64,000 nt of DNA, from the IMG/VR virus record IMGVR_UViG_3300014773_000009, positions 30,868 through 94,867 of that record. One strand, written 5' to 3'. The position numbers and the translations under genes are program-made. Positions 26,495 through 36,682 of the stretch are shown one piece after another. Every line of letters begins with the position of its first letter. Position 1 is the first letter of the stretch. The notes under the pieces are model-generated. The model ran no database searches. It was not told the DNA's origin and saw only the letters and a list, made by a program, of their open reading frames with translations. This DNA is from a virus (taxonomy: Duplodnaviria > Caudoviricetes).

Positions 26495-26712
26495 CGCGTC
26501 CGCCTCCTGACAACGAACTGCACAGGCTCCCCGCTCTCGTCGAGCAGCAGCCCGCCGGGTGTCGGCATCAGTCCTGTGACCTTGTGGATCGCGGCGCGCA
26601 GCTGTGGCGTGCACATCATCCCGCTGTCTTCCTCCACCGCAGCAATGCACGCCGCGAGCAGATCAGGGGCTGCTGCGAGCAACTTGCGCCAGTCGACGTC
26701 GATGCGCTTCAC
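26491..26712 (-). CDS. Hypothetical phage protein
   Basis: LLAAAPDLLAAC motif common in phage early proteins. Confidence 0.55.
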   Translation of the reverse strand: MKRIDVDWRKLLAAAPDLLAACIAAVEEDSGMMCTPQLRAAIHKVTGLMPTPGGLLLDESGEPVQFVVRRRTR

Positions 26713-27065
26713 AGCCGACCTCTCATCGCGCGTTTTGCGCGAGCGTTGGCAATCTCAAGCGCCACTTCCAGCGCCTCGATGCGCGCCTTTTGCTCTGCCA
26801 TCTTCTCGACCACGCTGGGGCCGTTCAACGCTCGCGCTTGTAGCTCCCAGCGTGTGCCGTCAACACCTGTTGAAATCGCACCTGCGTAGGTCTTGCACTC
26901 CGGATGAGCCATCGCGTCGAGCAGCCGCCACGCGATCGACGATTCGATCATCGTCAGCATCTCGTTGGCCAACTCCAGGTGCTTCAACTCGCGTTCGCAC
27001 TCGCCAGCTAGAACGGGATCCAGGCCCAGCGTCTCACAGTCGAGCAATCTCCGAAGCGCGCTCAC
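26709..27065 (-). CDS. Hypothetical protein
   Basis: Coupled ORF. Confidence 0.5.
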   Translation of the reverse strand: MSALRRLLDCETLGLDPVLAGECERELKHLELANEMLTMIESSIAWRLLDAMAHPECKTYAGAISTGVDGTRWELQARALNGPSVVEKMAEQKARIEALEVALEIANARAKRAMRGRL

Positions 27066-27715
27066 AGCCCCGCCTTGCGCAGCCGCGCGTCAAGGGCTTC
27101 GATGTTGCGGCGTAGATCGACCGCGTAGCGGCCCTCGAAATCGCCGGGTGTTGGGAACCCCGGCGACCAATCCAGCGGAGGCGCCTCCGCCTTCGGCTCG
27201 TCGTCGCGCTCGAACTCGTCCCCGTCGGCGAAGTGGCTGCCTTCGTGGCCGGCTTTGCGCTCGCACTGCTGCTGGCCGAAGTGGTGCCCGCTCGTCTCGC
27301 ACATGAATGGGCACTGCTCAGGCAGACGAGGCTTGAACGGACTTAGCGCCCGCACTCGCTCCACCATAGCCTCTCGCGAAGACTCACACCCAAGCGCTTC
27401 AGCTACCGCGAGCAGGTCGGCGCGCGCCTCGTCGCGCTCGCGGGTGGTCTGCTCGAGTCTGGCACAGGCCATGTCGCGCCCCCTGGCGAGTTGCTCGATC
27501 CCAGCCGCCAGGCCCAGATCACCAACGCCAGCGCGCGCCAGCGCGTCGAGCGCCTCGGTGACGATCTTGTACGCCTTCGCCGACTCGGCATGCAGGCTCT
27601 CGGCGAAGTCGATTCCGCTCGCTGCGTTCAGCGCCAGCTGCGCCATCTCGTCCACGTCCGCCTTGCGCGCGCTGCCGTCGAGCCACGCGCGGGCCAGCTC
27701 TTCCAGGCGGGTCAC
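27062..27715 (-). CDS. Hypothetical coiled-coil protein with C...C...GH...H motif
   Basis: Coupled ORF. Confidence 0.55.
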   Translation of the reverse strand: MTRLEELARAWLDGSARKADVDEMAQLALNAASGIDFAESLHAESAKAYKIVTEALDALARAGVGDLGLAAGIEQLARGRDMACARLEQTTRERDEARADLLAVAEALGCESSREAMVERVRALSPFKPRLPEQCPFMCETSGHHFGQQQCERKAGHEGSHFADGDEFERDDEPKAEAPPLDWSPGFPTPGDFEGRYAVDLRRNIEALDARLRKAGL

Positions 27716-30129
27716 CGCACCACCACCCTTCCACCGCCAACCTCAACCCTCGTGTCCGCCAGCTCCCACGTCGCTGGGTTGTGGCTGACGAACAGCAGGT
27801 GCCGACACGACGCGAGCTCGCGCGCGCGCCGGAGCATCTGCATGAAGCGCACGGCGTTGGCCCCGTCGAGCGCCGCACCACTCTCGTCGCGCACGATGGT
27901 GACGTCGGTGAGCCCGTGGGCGCGGCAGTTGATCGTGGTCAGCGCGAGCGCCACAGCCTCGCTCAGGATGACCTTCTCGCCGCCGCTGAAGGTGTCCAGA
28001 CTCCCCTCCCGGCCGCGCTCGGTGTCCATCACGGAAACGTCGCAGTCCTCCACCAGCTTCTTGCCGTCCGCGCTGACCCGCGTGGTCTCGAAGCGCACGC
28101 TGAACCGTGGCCCGAAGGCGGTGTGCAGCAGGTCGTTGGCCAGAGTCGACAGCTCTGGGCCAGCCGCGTCGACCAGCAGCGCCTGGACACCGTCGCGGCC
28201 GAGGCCGTCGGCGATGAGCTGCCAGTCGGCGACATCTTCGTCAGCCGCGGAGAGCTCGGCGCGCGCCGCTTCGACCCGCTTGGTGAGCTCCGGCAGCGCG
28301 TCCTTGGCCTTCGTGGTGGTGTGCACCCGGAGCAGCGCGGTCGAATGCGCGGCCTTGCGGACGCCCAAGCGCGCCTCCGCCTCGGTGACGGTGTGCATGC
28401 ACGTCGGCCACACCGGGTCGAGCATTCCGTTGCGCTCGCCCTTGGCGCGGGCGAGTTCATCTTCGACTTGCAGAGCCTGCTCGCGCAACTCGACGACCCG
28501 GGCAGACGCGGCGGCCAGTGGCTGCTCCAGCCGGAGGAGTGGCTCCAGCTGGGCACGCTCGGCCTCGTGGGCCTTCAGCGTGGTGGTTGCCTGCTCGAGG
28601 CTCTGCTGGGCGCGGCGTTCGTCCTCGGTGCGGGCGTGCGCCACGTCGACAAGGCGCGCCACCTCGGCTCTGGCGGCGGCCTCGCGCTCGAACAGGTCAG
28701 CGGCATCGAGTTCGGCCTGCTCGACCTGGGGAAGCCGCGCGGATGTCGCCGAAAGCTCGGTGTGCCGACGACGGGCTTCGGTGATCGCGGTGGACGCCTT
28801 CTCGACGACGGACCGAGCGCTGGCCAGCTTTTTCGGGTGCTCCTGGGCGAGACGTGCTGCCACCTCGTCGTTGGTGAGCGCCGCCTGGGCCGCCCGACCG
28901 GCCATGTGCTCCTCGGCCACGATGTCCGTGAGCGCACACCGCAGCCCAGCGATGCGCCCGTCCGCGCCCACCAGCTGCGCGCCCATCGTCGCCTCGAGGT
29001 CGGCGCGGGCGCTGACGAGTGCCGCCTCCATCGCCTCCAGGTTGATGCCACGCAGCTCCTCCACCGCCCTGCGCACGCCCGGCCCCTCGCGCACCACGGC
29101 CTCCGCCTCACCCAGCAGCTTGGCCAGGCGGCCCCGCTCGCCCTCCGCCCGCTGAAGGGCAACCTGGGCGTCTCTCGTGCCCTCTCGTGCCCTGTCGCGG
29201 CTTTCCGTGCACGACTCGAGGTGCAGTCTGGCGCGCTGGATGAGCTCGACGTCGAGCTGGTCCGCACGCACTCTGGCAGCCCCCACCCGGTCGCGGTCGC
29301 CCACCAGCCGCACGTTGTTGGTCACCCTGGTCTCGATGTCGGCGAGCCTCCGCTGGAGTTCGTCCACGCGGGCGTCCGCCCGAGCGATGGCCGACGCCTG
29401 CTCCTCTGCGAGACGGCGCTCGCCGACCGCGCGCTCCGCCGCGCGCAGGTCGTCCTCGGCAGCCGCGAGCGCCTGGACGGCCTCAGCCAGGTCGCTGGCG
29501 GCGCCCTCGAACTCGTTGTCCACGAGGCCCTGGGCCAGCCAGAGCGCTTCCTCCGCCGCCCGCAGACGGTCACGCACGCCGCCGGCGGACGTCTTCCCGT
29601 CGCGCCCACGCTCCCGTGCCGCCGCAGCCAGCTGCTCGAGCTTCTCGACGCCCAGGAGCCGCAGGATGGTGGCCTTCCGCTCGCTCTTGCCCAGCGCGGC
29701 GAACCCCCCCGAGCCCTGGGCGGCGAACACCGAGGAGAAGAAGACCTCTGGGCTCGGCATGTGCCGGGCTGCCCAGGCCGCGAAGGCTTTTCGGCCCGTG
29801 CCCGGCAGCGCGGGCTGGCCAGCCGCGTCGAGCACCAGCACCTCGCCCGTGCCCTTCACCGCATCGATGAGGTGTCGGATGGTGTAGCGGCTGCCGTTCA
29901 CAACGGTGGCCTCCACGAGCGCGTCCCTGGCCACCGCGCGGTCTTGCAGCGACTGCCGCTGGTCCGGAACGCTCAGCCCGAGGGCACCGGGGAACGCGTT
30001 GAGCAGGCTGGTCTTGCCCTGGCCGTTGGTGCCGACGACAGCAACCAGACCAGGCTCCACGGTGGAGAGGTCGAGCTCTGCGTCGGTGAATGGCCCGAAG
30101 GCGTGAAGGCGAAGGCGGTCGAGTCTCAT
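27712..30129 (-). CDS. sbcC: SbcC/Rad50-like SMC ATPase
   Basis: Walker A GTNGQGKT, Q-loop FAAQG, long coiled coil, FSGGE, IVRDE, VSH. Confidence 0.92.
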   Translation of the reverse strand: MRLDRLRLHAFGPFTDAELDLSTVEPGLVAVVGTNGQGKTSLLNAFPGALGLSVPDQRQSLQDRAVARDALVEATVVNGSRYTIRHLIDAVKGTGEVLVLDAAGQPALPGTGRKAFAAWAARHMPSPEVFFSSVFAAQGSGGFAALGKSERKATILRLLGVEKLEQLAAAARERGRDGKTSAGGVRDRLRAAEEALWLAQGLVDNEFEGAASDLAEAVQALAAAEDDLRAAERAVGERRLAEEQASAIARADARVDELQRRLADIETRVTNNVRLVGDRDRVGAARVRADQLDVELIQRARLHLESCTESRDRAREGTRDAQVALQRAEGERGRLAKLLGEAEAVVREGPGVRRAVEELRGINLEAMEAALVSARADLEATMGAQLVGADGRIAGLRCALTDIVAEEHMAGRAAQAALTNDEVAARLAQEHPKKLASARSVVEKASTAITEARRRHTELSATSARLPQVEQAELDAADLFEREAAARAEVARLVDVAHARTEDERRAQQSLEQATTTLKAHEAERAQLEPLLRLEQPLAAASARVVELREQALQVEDELARAKGERNGMLDPVWPTCMHTVTEAEARLGVRKAAHSTALLRVHTTTKAKDALPELTKRVEAARAELSAADEDVADWQLIADGLGRDGVQALLVDAAGPELSTLANDLLHTAFGPRFSVRFETTRVSADGKKLVEDCDVSVMDTERGREGSLDTFSGGEKVILSEAVALALTTINCRAHGLTDVTIVRDESGAALDGANAVRFMQMLRRARELASCRHLLFVSHNPATWELADTRVEVGGGRVVVR

Positions 30130-31499
30130 GCTGCAATGGTCTCCTGGCGGCCAACGTTGGCGCGGATGAGTGCGGCCGCGACGGGGGGCGACACGCTGTT
30201 CCCGCACAGTCGGATCTGGGCCGTCTTCGTGAGCGGCCTTCCATCGACAAGCGCATCGATGGAGTAACCATCATGGAAGCCCTGCGCTCGAAAAAGCTCT
30301 CGCGGCTGAAGCATTCGGTGGTGAATGTCGGCCACATCGAAGCGCTCACCGTCAACGACTACCGTCGCGTCGACGCCCAACAACTCGCGCACGTCGGCGC
30401 GACGGTCGCCGTCAGAGTGCACGGTCACGAATCCGTGATGGTCCTTGGCTGTGATGGTGGAGATGGACCGGTCGAGCGGGACGCCGTCGTTGCCGTGTCC
30501 GCTGTAATGGCGAGCCAGGAAGGCGCACACCAGCGCATGCTTCTGGCCTTGGGCCATCACGGTGCCGAGCGGCTGCTGGATGTCGTAGACACGCGGAGAT
30601 TGGCCCTCCCGCTCTCCGTTGCCGCTGTGGATCAGCGTCGGCGCGACGAGCGCGAACGGGCTGCGGCTCGACGCCGTGATGGTGCGCAGCGGCTCGTCGA
30701 CCGAGTGGACGCGGTGGTCTCCAGCGTGAGAGACGGGGATCACAAATGGGCGCGGGCAGTCGAGAACAAAGCGCCGGATGCCTCGCGCGATGCGAGCCAA
30801 CGTGTTCGCCGCTAGCGGGCGTGAGCGCCCGAAGATGGATCGCGATGGCAGGCCGAAGTCGATGCATTCGGCAGCAGTGCGGAATGGTTGCTCCCACATG
30901 GACGTGCCGTGTGTTGGCATCGGCCACACGATGGGCCGGCCGTCGCGCCTGGCGACGACGAACAGGCGCTTGCGCGTCGTTGGCGCGCCGTAGTCGCACG
31001 CGCGTAGCTCGCGCCAATCCACCGCGTACCCAGCCGACTTGAGGCAACCTACCCAGTGGCGAAAGTTGCGACCAGCGCGGCCCCAATCGGGTCGACCAGC
31101 GGCAGTCAGAGGGCACCAGTCGGCGAACTCGGTCACGTTCTCCAGGCAAATGATCGCTGGCCGGACCTCGCGGGCCCAACGCACGACCACGTGAGCGAGA
31201 GCCCTCCTGGCGGTTGCAACTCGTCGGTCTCGGAAGGGCGCCGCGCCGCGGCTTCTCGAGAAGAAGGTGCAATCCGGAGAAGCCCACAGCAGCGAGACCT
31301 TGCGCCCACCGACGACCATGCGCGGGTCCGCGTGCCAAACGTCGCCGCAGACGTGGTGGGTGTCTGCGTGGTTGACAGCGTGCAGGGCCACCGCATCTGG
31401 GTCGTGGTTGATGGCAACGTCAGGAGAGCGGCCGAGCGCTAGCTCGATCCCGAGAGAGGCGCCACCGCCCCCAGCGAAAAGGTCCACCACAATACTCAC
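30126..31499 (-). CDS. dcm: C5 cytosine DNA methyltransferase
   Basis: DLFAGGGG, SPDC, ENV, PTTRKRLF, GNSV. Confidence 0.92.
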   Translation of the reverse strand: MSIVVDLFAGGGGASLGIELALGRSPDVAINHDPDAVALHAVNHADTHHVCGDVWHADPRMVVGGRKVSLLWASPDCTFFSRSRGAAPFRDRRVATARRALAHVVVRWAREVRPAIICLENVTEFADWCPLTAAGRPDWGRAGRNFRHWVGCLKSAGYAVDWRELRACDYGAPTTRKRLFVVARRDGRPIVWPMPTHGTSMWEQPFRTAAECIDFGLPSRSIFGRSRPLAANTLARIARGIRRFVLDCPRPFVIPVSHAGDHRVHSVDEPLRTITASSRSPFALVAPTLIHSGNGEREGQSPRVYDIQQPLGTVMAQGQKHALVCAFLARHYSGHGNDGVPLDRSISTITAKDHHGFVTVHSDGDRRADVRELLGVDATVVVDGERFDVADIHHRMLQPRELFRAQGFHDGYSIDALVDGRPLTKTAQIRLCGNSVSPPVAAALIRANVGRQETIAA

Positions 31500-31729
31500 G
31501 ATCGCGACCTCCACATCCCAGCTACCTGCTCGAACGCCTCAGCGTGCTCGAAGCACCTTGCCGCCAGATGCTCGACGTCGGGCGTGGAGACGCGCACCAG
31601 GGCCTGTACGAACAGATCGCGCGCCAGGCTTTCGATGCGGTCCCGACGTGCGCGAGCTTCGCCGTCAGCCATCACACGATGGTGGTGGTCGAGCAAGGCC
31701 TTGCGTTCTTCGTCGCTGATCAGACTCAC
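31496..31729 (-). CDS. Hypothetical protein
   Basis: GGAGG RBS; coupled to sbcD and dcm. Confidence 0.5.
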   Translation of the reverse strand: MSLISDEERKALLDHHHRVMADGEARARRDRIESLARDLFVQALVRVSTPDVEHLAARCFEHAEAFEQVAGMWRSRS

Positions 31730-32910
31730 GCCCCACCTCCAGCAATCTCGGCCTGCAGCTGCTCGACCTTCTCCCGCAGCCGCGCCCGCCGTTCCTGCGT
31801 CAGCTCCACGCCGTCGGCCGCCCACTTGGTCTCGAGCTGCTCGAAGACCGTGGCCTTCCTCGCGATCTCCGGAGCGCGCGCCTTGCTGGTCGCGATGACC
31901 TGCTCCTCCACCTTCACCTCGACCGCGCCGTACTCGCGCAGACGTTGCTGCATCTGCGACGCGCCCGCTCGAGCCGCATCGCGGCGGTCTGCCTGCACGC
32001 GGTAGCGGAAGCGCACCTCCGCGCCGCGCACGTCCCAGTCGATGGCGGCGCAGTTGGTCCAACCAGAGACGTCGTCCTGGACCTTCCACTCGTCCTCCCA
32101 GAGCAGCATCGGGCGGCACGGCGTCTCGACGTGCTCGACGTCGACGCAGCGCCAGCGGCAGGCCACGAGGTCGAAGCTGGCCACCACGAAGCCCTTGCCA
32201 GGCGTAGGCTCGCCCCAGTTGCAGTGCCGCGGCGCCCCCGGGTAGACGACCGGCGCGCCATCGATATCCATGAGCTGGTGCGCGTGGATGTGTCCGAGGG
32301 CGTAGTAGTCGGCGCCGGCCAGCGCGAGCTCCGCAAGGTTCACGCTCATGTCGCCGTTGAGCATCGGCTGGTCGTGGTCGGTCACCGCGCCGTTCAGATC
32401 GACGTGGCCAACGAGGATGCGGGGGCCACCTGCATGAGCAGCGCCAGAGCTGAAGCCTCGCAGCACGTTGGCCAGCGCCTCGCGCGCCAAGGTGTTCGCC
32501 TGCTCGCGCGGCACATCGGCGCCGAGCGCCGAGAGCAGCGCAGACCGGCGCGGCCACGGAAGGCAGTGCACCTCGCAGCCAGCCACCGTGATGGTCCCTG
32601 GCCTGGCAAAGGCGAAGGCAGGCTGGTCGGTCCTCAGCCTATTGAGCGCCAGCACGTCGAGCTCGGCGTCGTGGTTGCCGCGCACCACCACCAGCGGCGC
32701 CCACTCGGTCACCTCTTGAGCCCAGTCGGCCACCGCCTCACGCTCGCGCGCGGTCGTGGTGGCCCTCTCGAAGATGTCCCCGGAGTGAACGACAAGGTCG
32801 AGCTCGCTGTCCCGGATCTGTTGCGCGATGAAGCGCATGACCCGCTCGTGCTCGTCGAAGCGCGAGTGCTCGTCCGCGTGGGTGTCAGCGACGTGGGCGA
32901 CGCGGATCAT
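31726..32910 (-). CDS. sbcD: SbcD/Mre11-like metallophosphoesterase nuclease
   Basis: ADTH, GDIFE, GNHD, GH, GHIH, YPG. Confidence 0.92.
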   Translation of the reverse strand: MIRVAHVADTHADEHSRFDEHERVMRFIAQQIRDSELDLVVHSGDIFERATTTAREREAVADWAQEVTEWAPLVVVRGNHDAELDVLALNRLRTDQPAFAFARPGTITVAGCEVHCLPWPRRSALLSALGADVPREQANTLAREALANVLRGFSSGAAHAGGPRILVGHVDLNGAVTDHDQPMLNGDMSVNLAELALAGADYYALGHIHAHQLMDIDGAPVVYPGAPRHCNWGEPTPGKGFVVASFDLVACRWRCVDVEHVETPCRPMLLWEDEWKVQDDVSGWTNCAAIDWDVRGAEVRFRYRVQADRRDAARAGASQMQQRLREYGAVEVKVEEQVIATSKARAPEIARKATVFEQLETKWAADGVELTQERRARLREKVEQLQAEIAGGGA

Positions 32911-33281
32911 CGGGACGCCCTCGCTGCCAATAGGTTGGCCAGCAGGCTCTTCGCCTTCGCGTCCCCGTCGGCGAGCTCGCTCAGCCGCCGCTGCTCGAGC
33001 GCCGCGAGGTCGGCGTAGGCCTTCCTGGTAGCGTCGTTCTTGAGCTGCTCACGGAGCAGCTGGTCGCGCGCAGTGTCGAGCATCGCGGACGCGTAGACCT
33101 TGTCGGCGAGCGCGCGCGCGGATGCGGCCACGTCCAGCGAAGCCTTTAGGTCTCGGATCGCCTCCAGCGCGTTCTTGAAGCGGTTGGTGTCTGGGTCGCC
33201 GAACTCCTCCGCGCGCGCAGCGCGAGCCCGCTCCAGCGCTTCCTGCTGGTCGTAGGCCACCGGCGTCTTGGGCGTCTCCAT
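32907..33281 (-). CDS. Hypothetical helical protein
   Basis: Coupled ORF. Confidence 0.55.
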   Translation of the reverse strand: METPKTPVAYDQQEALERARAARAEEFGDPDTNRFKNALEAIRDLKASLDVAASARALADKVYASAMLDTARDQLLREQLKNDATRKAYADLAALEQRRLSELADGDAKAKSLLANLLAARASR

Positions 33282-34519
33282 CACAGGCCTCCTCGGTCGG
33301 CGTACTCGTCGGCGTACGGCTGCTCTTCCTCTTGCTCCTGCGGCGTGGCCTTGCGCGGAGTCGGAGCTGCCGGTGGCGCATCTCCGTCGGGCGAGTGGTC
33401 CCAGGAATCCACGGTCATTCCGATCGGAGGAGGAGGGCTCGGCAGGTACTGGACCGGCGCTGGCTGTGGCGCGGCAAGCGCCGGGGCCATCGTCTGGACC
33501 GTGGGCCCGTAGAGCTGGTGGCTGGCGCCCAGGAAGCGCTGGCCGATCATCTGACGAAACTCCCGACGCGCCTCCGGGTCTTCGGAGTGCCCCGTGAAGA
33601 TCAGCCTTGCCACCGCGAACGGCTTCTTGAGGTCCGCCCGCTTGTAGCTTCGACGCACGCCTTTGTTCCCGATCGCCTTGTTCATCGCCTTGCTCTCGCA
33701 GTGACGGACCAAGAACTTGCGGAGCTCGAGCAGCTGCTTGTCGCCGCCGTCCTCGGCGCCCTTCGCGCGCGCCTTCGTCCGGATCTCCTCCGCCGCAGCG
33801 CCGCGCACGTCGCCGTCCTCACGGGTGTCGATGTCGACGTTGCCGGGGATGTCGGAGCTGGTCATGTCGAAGTTCTGGAACCGGGCGATGGCCTCCCACG
33901 CGCAGTAGTGCGGATGGCTCCCGTCATCGGTGCGGCGCGACGAGACCCACGTGACGCCAGCGGCCGCCGCGATCTTGGCCAGCGCGACACGATCCAGCCC
34001 GACCGTGTCGTCGTCGCGCGGGTTCTTGGCGTTGCCCGTGATGCAGTAGACGTCGCTGCTGTACGGGTCGATCTGCACCACGCTGACCACCACCTCGCAG
34101 CCCTCTGGAAGACGACCGACGACCGTCGCTGGTGAGACCAGGTGGTATTTCTGCGACGCCTCCAGCAGAGCGCGGCTGGCTGCCTCTCCGTTCGCGAACG
34201 TGCCAGCGACGATCCGCTGGGGCGCCTCCTGAGACCGCGCCATCGCCGTGATCTGCTGAGCGCGCTGTGGCGCCTGCTGCCTGGGAGCGGCAGCGGCCCG
34301 AGGAGACTCTGTCGCAGTCGACTGCCCAGGGTCCACACCGCGGCTCTTGAGCTCCGCGTGAATGGCCGCAAGCAACTCGCGGTTCTGGCCGGCGAAGCGG
34401 CTGTCAGGGTCCGTCTCCAGCTTCTCGCTGATGGTGCCGGCGACCCAGCGCAGGCCAGCCTCAGACGCGCTCGTGATGGCGACGCCCTTCTCTTTCCCGT
34501 ACGGGATGACGTGTGCCAT
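33281..34519 (-). CDS. Putative single-strand annealing/recombination protein
   Basis: Position upstream of sbcD/sbcC; ESKAMNKAI helix; Pro-rich and acidic tail; N-terminal IPYGKEKG. Confidence 0.45.
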   Translation of the reverse strand: MAHVIPYGKEKGVAITSASEAGLRWVAGTISEKLETDPDSRFAGQNRELLAAIHAELKSRGVDPGQSTATESPRAAAAPRQQAPQRAQQITAMARSQEAPQRIVAGTFANGEAASRALLEASQKYHLVSPATVVGRLPEGCEVVVSVVQIDPYSSDVYCITGNAKNPRDDDTVGLDRVALAKIAAAAGVTWVSSRRTDDGSHPHYCAWEAIARFQNFDMTSSDIPGNVDIDTREDGDVRGAAAEEIRTKARAKGAEDGGDKQLLELRKFLVRHCESKAMNKAIGNKGVRRSYKRADLKKPFAVARLIFTGHSEDPEARREFRQMIGQRFLGASHQLYGPTVQTMAPALAAPQPAPVQYLPSPPPPIGMTVDSWDHSPDGDAPPAAPTPRKATPQEQEEEQPYADEYADRGGL

Positions 34520-34523
34520 GGCT

Positions 34524-34775
34524 TCACGCGCTCCCTTCGTGGGCGAAGACCGGAGCGCGCACGCCCCAGAAGACGACCTGCCCGCGCCGCTGGCCGCGCA
34601 CAGCGGCCTCCATCTCGAGCGCGACCGCGAAGGCCGCCTCGAAGCTGAGGTGCTGGTAGTCGTCCGCGAGCAGCACGCGGCGGTGGTGGAGGTCGATGGC
34701 CTCGTCTGGAGTGAGCGCAGCTGCGTGAGCGAAGCTGCCGCCGGCGGTTTCGTAGAGAGCAATGGGGTCGGACAT
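34524..34775 (-). CDS. Hypothetical protein
   Basis: AGGAG RBS. Confidence 0.5.
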   Translation of the reverse strand: MSDPIALYETAGGSFAHAAALTPDEAIDLHHRRVLLADDYQHLSFEAAFAVALEMEAAVRGQRRGQVVFWGVRAPVFAHEGSA

Positions 34776-34822
34776 GACGAATCTCCTGCGAGCGCCCGAT
34801 GAGGGGTGCGCGTCGGGTTGGT

Positions 34823-35854
34823 TCAGCGATGGGAGCGAATGCGGATGAGCTTCGCGGACACGTTCGTCCGCTGCGTGACGTCGGAATGGTTGAAAGTGCC
34901 GGGCGGGAGGTCCTCGCAGTGGTCGACGGTCACCGTCTCCAGCCAGGCGCGGAACGAGCGGCTCTTGGTGTCCTCGCGAAAGAACGCGCCTTGGCCGAGG
35001 ATGGCGACGAGCGTTCCGCCTGGGCGCAGGTGCTTGAACGCGTGCCGCACGTGTTCGATGTCCTGCCCGCCGCTGAACGGTGAGTTCATCAGGATCACGT
35101 CGGGTCGCAGTCGCTCAGGGAGCGTGTCGAAGTCGGCCACGTCCAGGAAGTCACCCTGAGTGGCGACGAAGCCCTTGGCCTCCAGCAGCTCGCACAGCGT
35201 GACGTTCAGCTCGATGCACAGGATCTGCTCGCACCCTGCGCGTCGCGCAGCCTCAGCGAGGCGCCCGCTGCCCGCGCTGGGCTCGAGGACGAAGTGCTTG
35301 GGCCGAAGCCCCGCGAGTTCAACCATACGATCGGCGACAGCGACCGGGGTCGGGAAGAAGTCGTTGCCCGTGAGCCCCACGAGCTTGCGCTCCAGCGCCT
35401 TGACCGGGTCCTCTTGCGGTGGCTCGCCACGAAGCGAGCACATCTCGCGCAGCGCCAACCTGAGAGTGGTCAGGCCGCCGATCCCAGCAGCCATCATCCG
35501 CCTGACCGCTTCGCCATCGTTCACGGGGAACCGCACAGCCTCGATGGCTTCGTCGTCGGAGACGCTCTCCACCATCTTGCGGGGAGGGTCCGCCGCTCGA
35601 TAGCGACCAGCCTCCAGCAGTTGCTCGAGCGTCTCCACCATGCGCAGGTTGACCACGCCGCGCAGAGCATCGACGCCGTCGCCGTCGGCGATCTTGAGCG
35701 CGACCTCCGCACGAGCCGCGTCGCGCATCGCGCGCTTGGTGATGTTCGCGGCCATGTCCGCGCGGCGCCGCGTGTTGGTGAGGCGATTGGCGCCGAGCGC
35801 CTCTTCGGCCTTGGTCTTGAGCCGCAGCGCGGCACTTCGAAGGGCGACGTTCAT
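34823..35854 (-). CDS. SAM-dependent amino (N6-adenine-type) methyltransferase
   Basis: DFFPTP, VLEPSAGSG, GDFL, MNSPF, LRPGGTLVAI. Confidence 0.85.
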   Translation of the reverse strand: MNVALRSAALRLKTKAEEALGANRLTNTRRRADMAANITKRAMRDAARAEVALKIADGDGVDALRGVVNLRMVETLEQLLEAGRYRAADPPRKMVESVSDDEAIEAVRFPVNDGEAVRRMMAAGIGGLTTLRLALREMCSLRGEPPQEDPVKALERKLVGLTGNDFFPTPVAVADRMVELAGLRPKHFVLEPSAGSGRLAEAARRAGCEQILCIELNVTLCELLEAKGFVATQGDFLDVADFDTLPERLRPDVILMNSPFSGGQDIEHVRHAFKHLRPGGTLVAILGQGAFFREDTKSRSFRAWLETVTVDHCEDLPPGTFNHSDVTQRTNVSAKLIRIRSHR

Positions 35855-35945
35855 GGTGACACCTCGGCCCACCGGGGGTGGCCGGCAGCGACCTGACGCG
35901 ACCACGCGCGCGCCATCACGGACGCACACATCCTGATGTCGCGGA

Positions 35946-36254
35946 TCATCGTGCACCTCCCACCGACAGCTCCAGCCGCTGGGTGAGCACGGCGCTCTGG
36001 CAGCCGTCGCACACATGCGCGCCGCAGCCGTCCTCACACACGTGGCAGCGCCGCCGCACGTCGTCGAGCTTGCCGGCCACGACCGCGCGGTCCCTGTCGA
36101 CGGCGCACGGAACACCCATGCGGGTCAGCGCGCCCGCCATCGTTGTCGCCGCCGCCGAGGGCAGCTCCGCGATGGTCATGCGCCAGCCCTGGACCACCAG
36201 GTGCTCGTGGGCCTCCAGGAGGCCCAGCCACAGGTGGTGCGCCTTGGCCTTCAC
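35946..36254 (-). CDS. Hypothetical zinc-finger protein
   Basis: CHVC...CDGC. Confidence 0.5.
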   Translation of the reverse strand: MKAKAHHLWLGLLEAHEHLVVQGWRMTIAELPSAAATTMAGALTRMGVPCAVDRDRAVVAGKLDDVRRRCHVCEDGCGAHVCDGCQSAVLTQRLELSVGGAR

Positions 36255-36586
36255 GACGCCAGCTCCAGCGCGCGAGCGCGCAGCGCCACGCCGCAGGGTC
36301 GGTAGGGACACGCAACGTGCTCCGGGGCGAGGTCGGCGTAGCAGCAGGGGCAGACCGTGCGGCGCGCGCCCGTAGCCAGGTAGAACTCGACGCGCGGCAC
36401 CGGCGCCGTGGGGCGCTTCAGCGGGTCGGCGACCGTCGAGCAGACGGTGTACGACAGCTCGTGGCGCTCGAGCACGGACGGGCGCAGCCCAAGGCACCTG
36501 GCGATCTCAGCGGGGTCGTAGCTGTCGAGCCCGGGGTGGTCGTGCACCCACGAGATGAACGCCAGGGCCGGGGTCGTCGTTCGCAT
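36251..36586 (-). CDS. First gene of the leftward early operon, zinc-finger protein
   Basis: CPCC...CPYRPC; ATG 6 nt after a -10 box. Confidence 0.55.
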   Translation of the reverse strand: MRTTTPALAFISWVHDHPGLDSYDPAEIARCLGLRPSVLERHELSYTVCSTVADPLKRPTAPVPRVEFYLATGARRTVCPCCYADLAPEHVACPYRPCGVALRARALELAS

Positions 36587-36592
36587 GACCAG

Positions 36593-36621
36593 AACGTAGT
36601 TACGTAATCCGAACGTGTCAA
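36593..36621 (-). promoter_or_regulatory. Strong leftward promoter (PL-like)
   Basis: TTGACA-N17-TACGTT; TTACGTAA palindrome in the spacer. Confidence 0.75.
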
Positions 36622-36682
36622 TACCAAAGCGTATCTAGTTCGGAGCTGGCGGCCGCGGTGGGCGTGATGTCCGATTCCAAGC

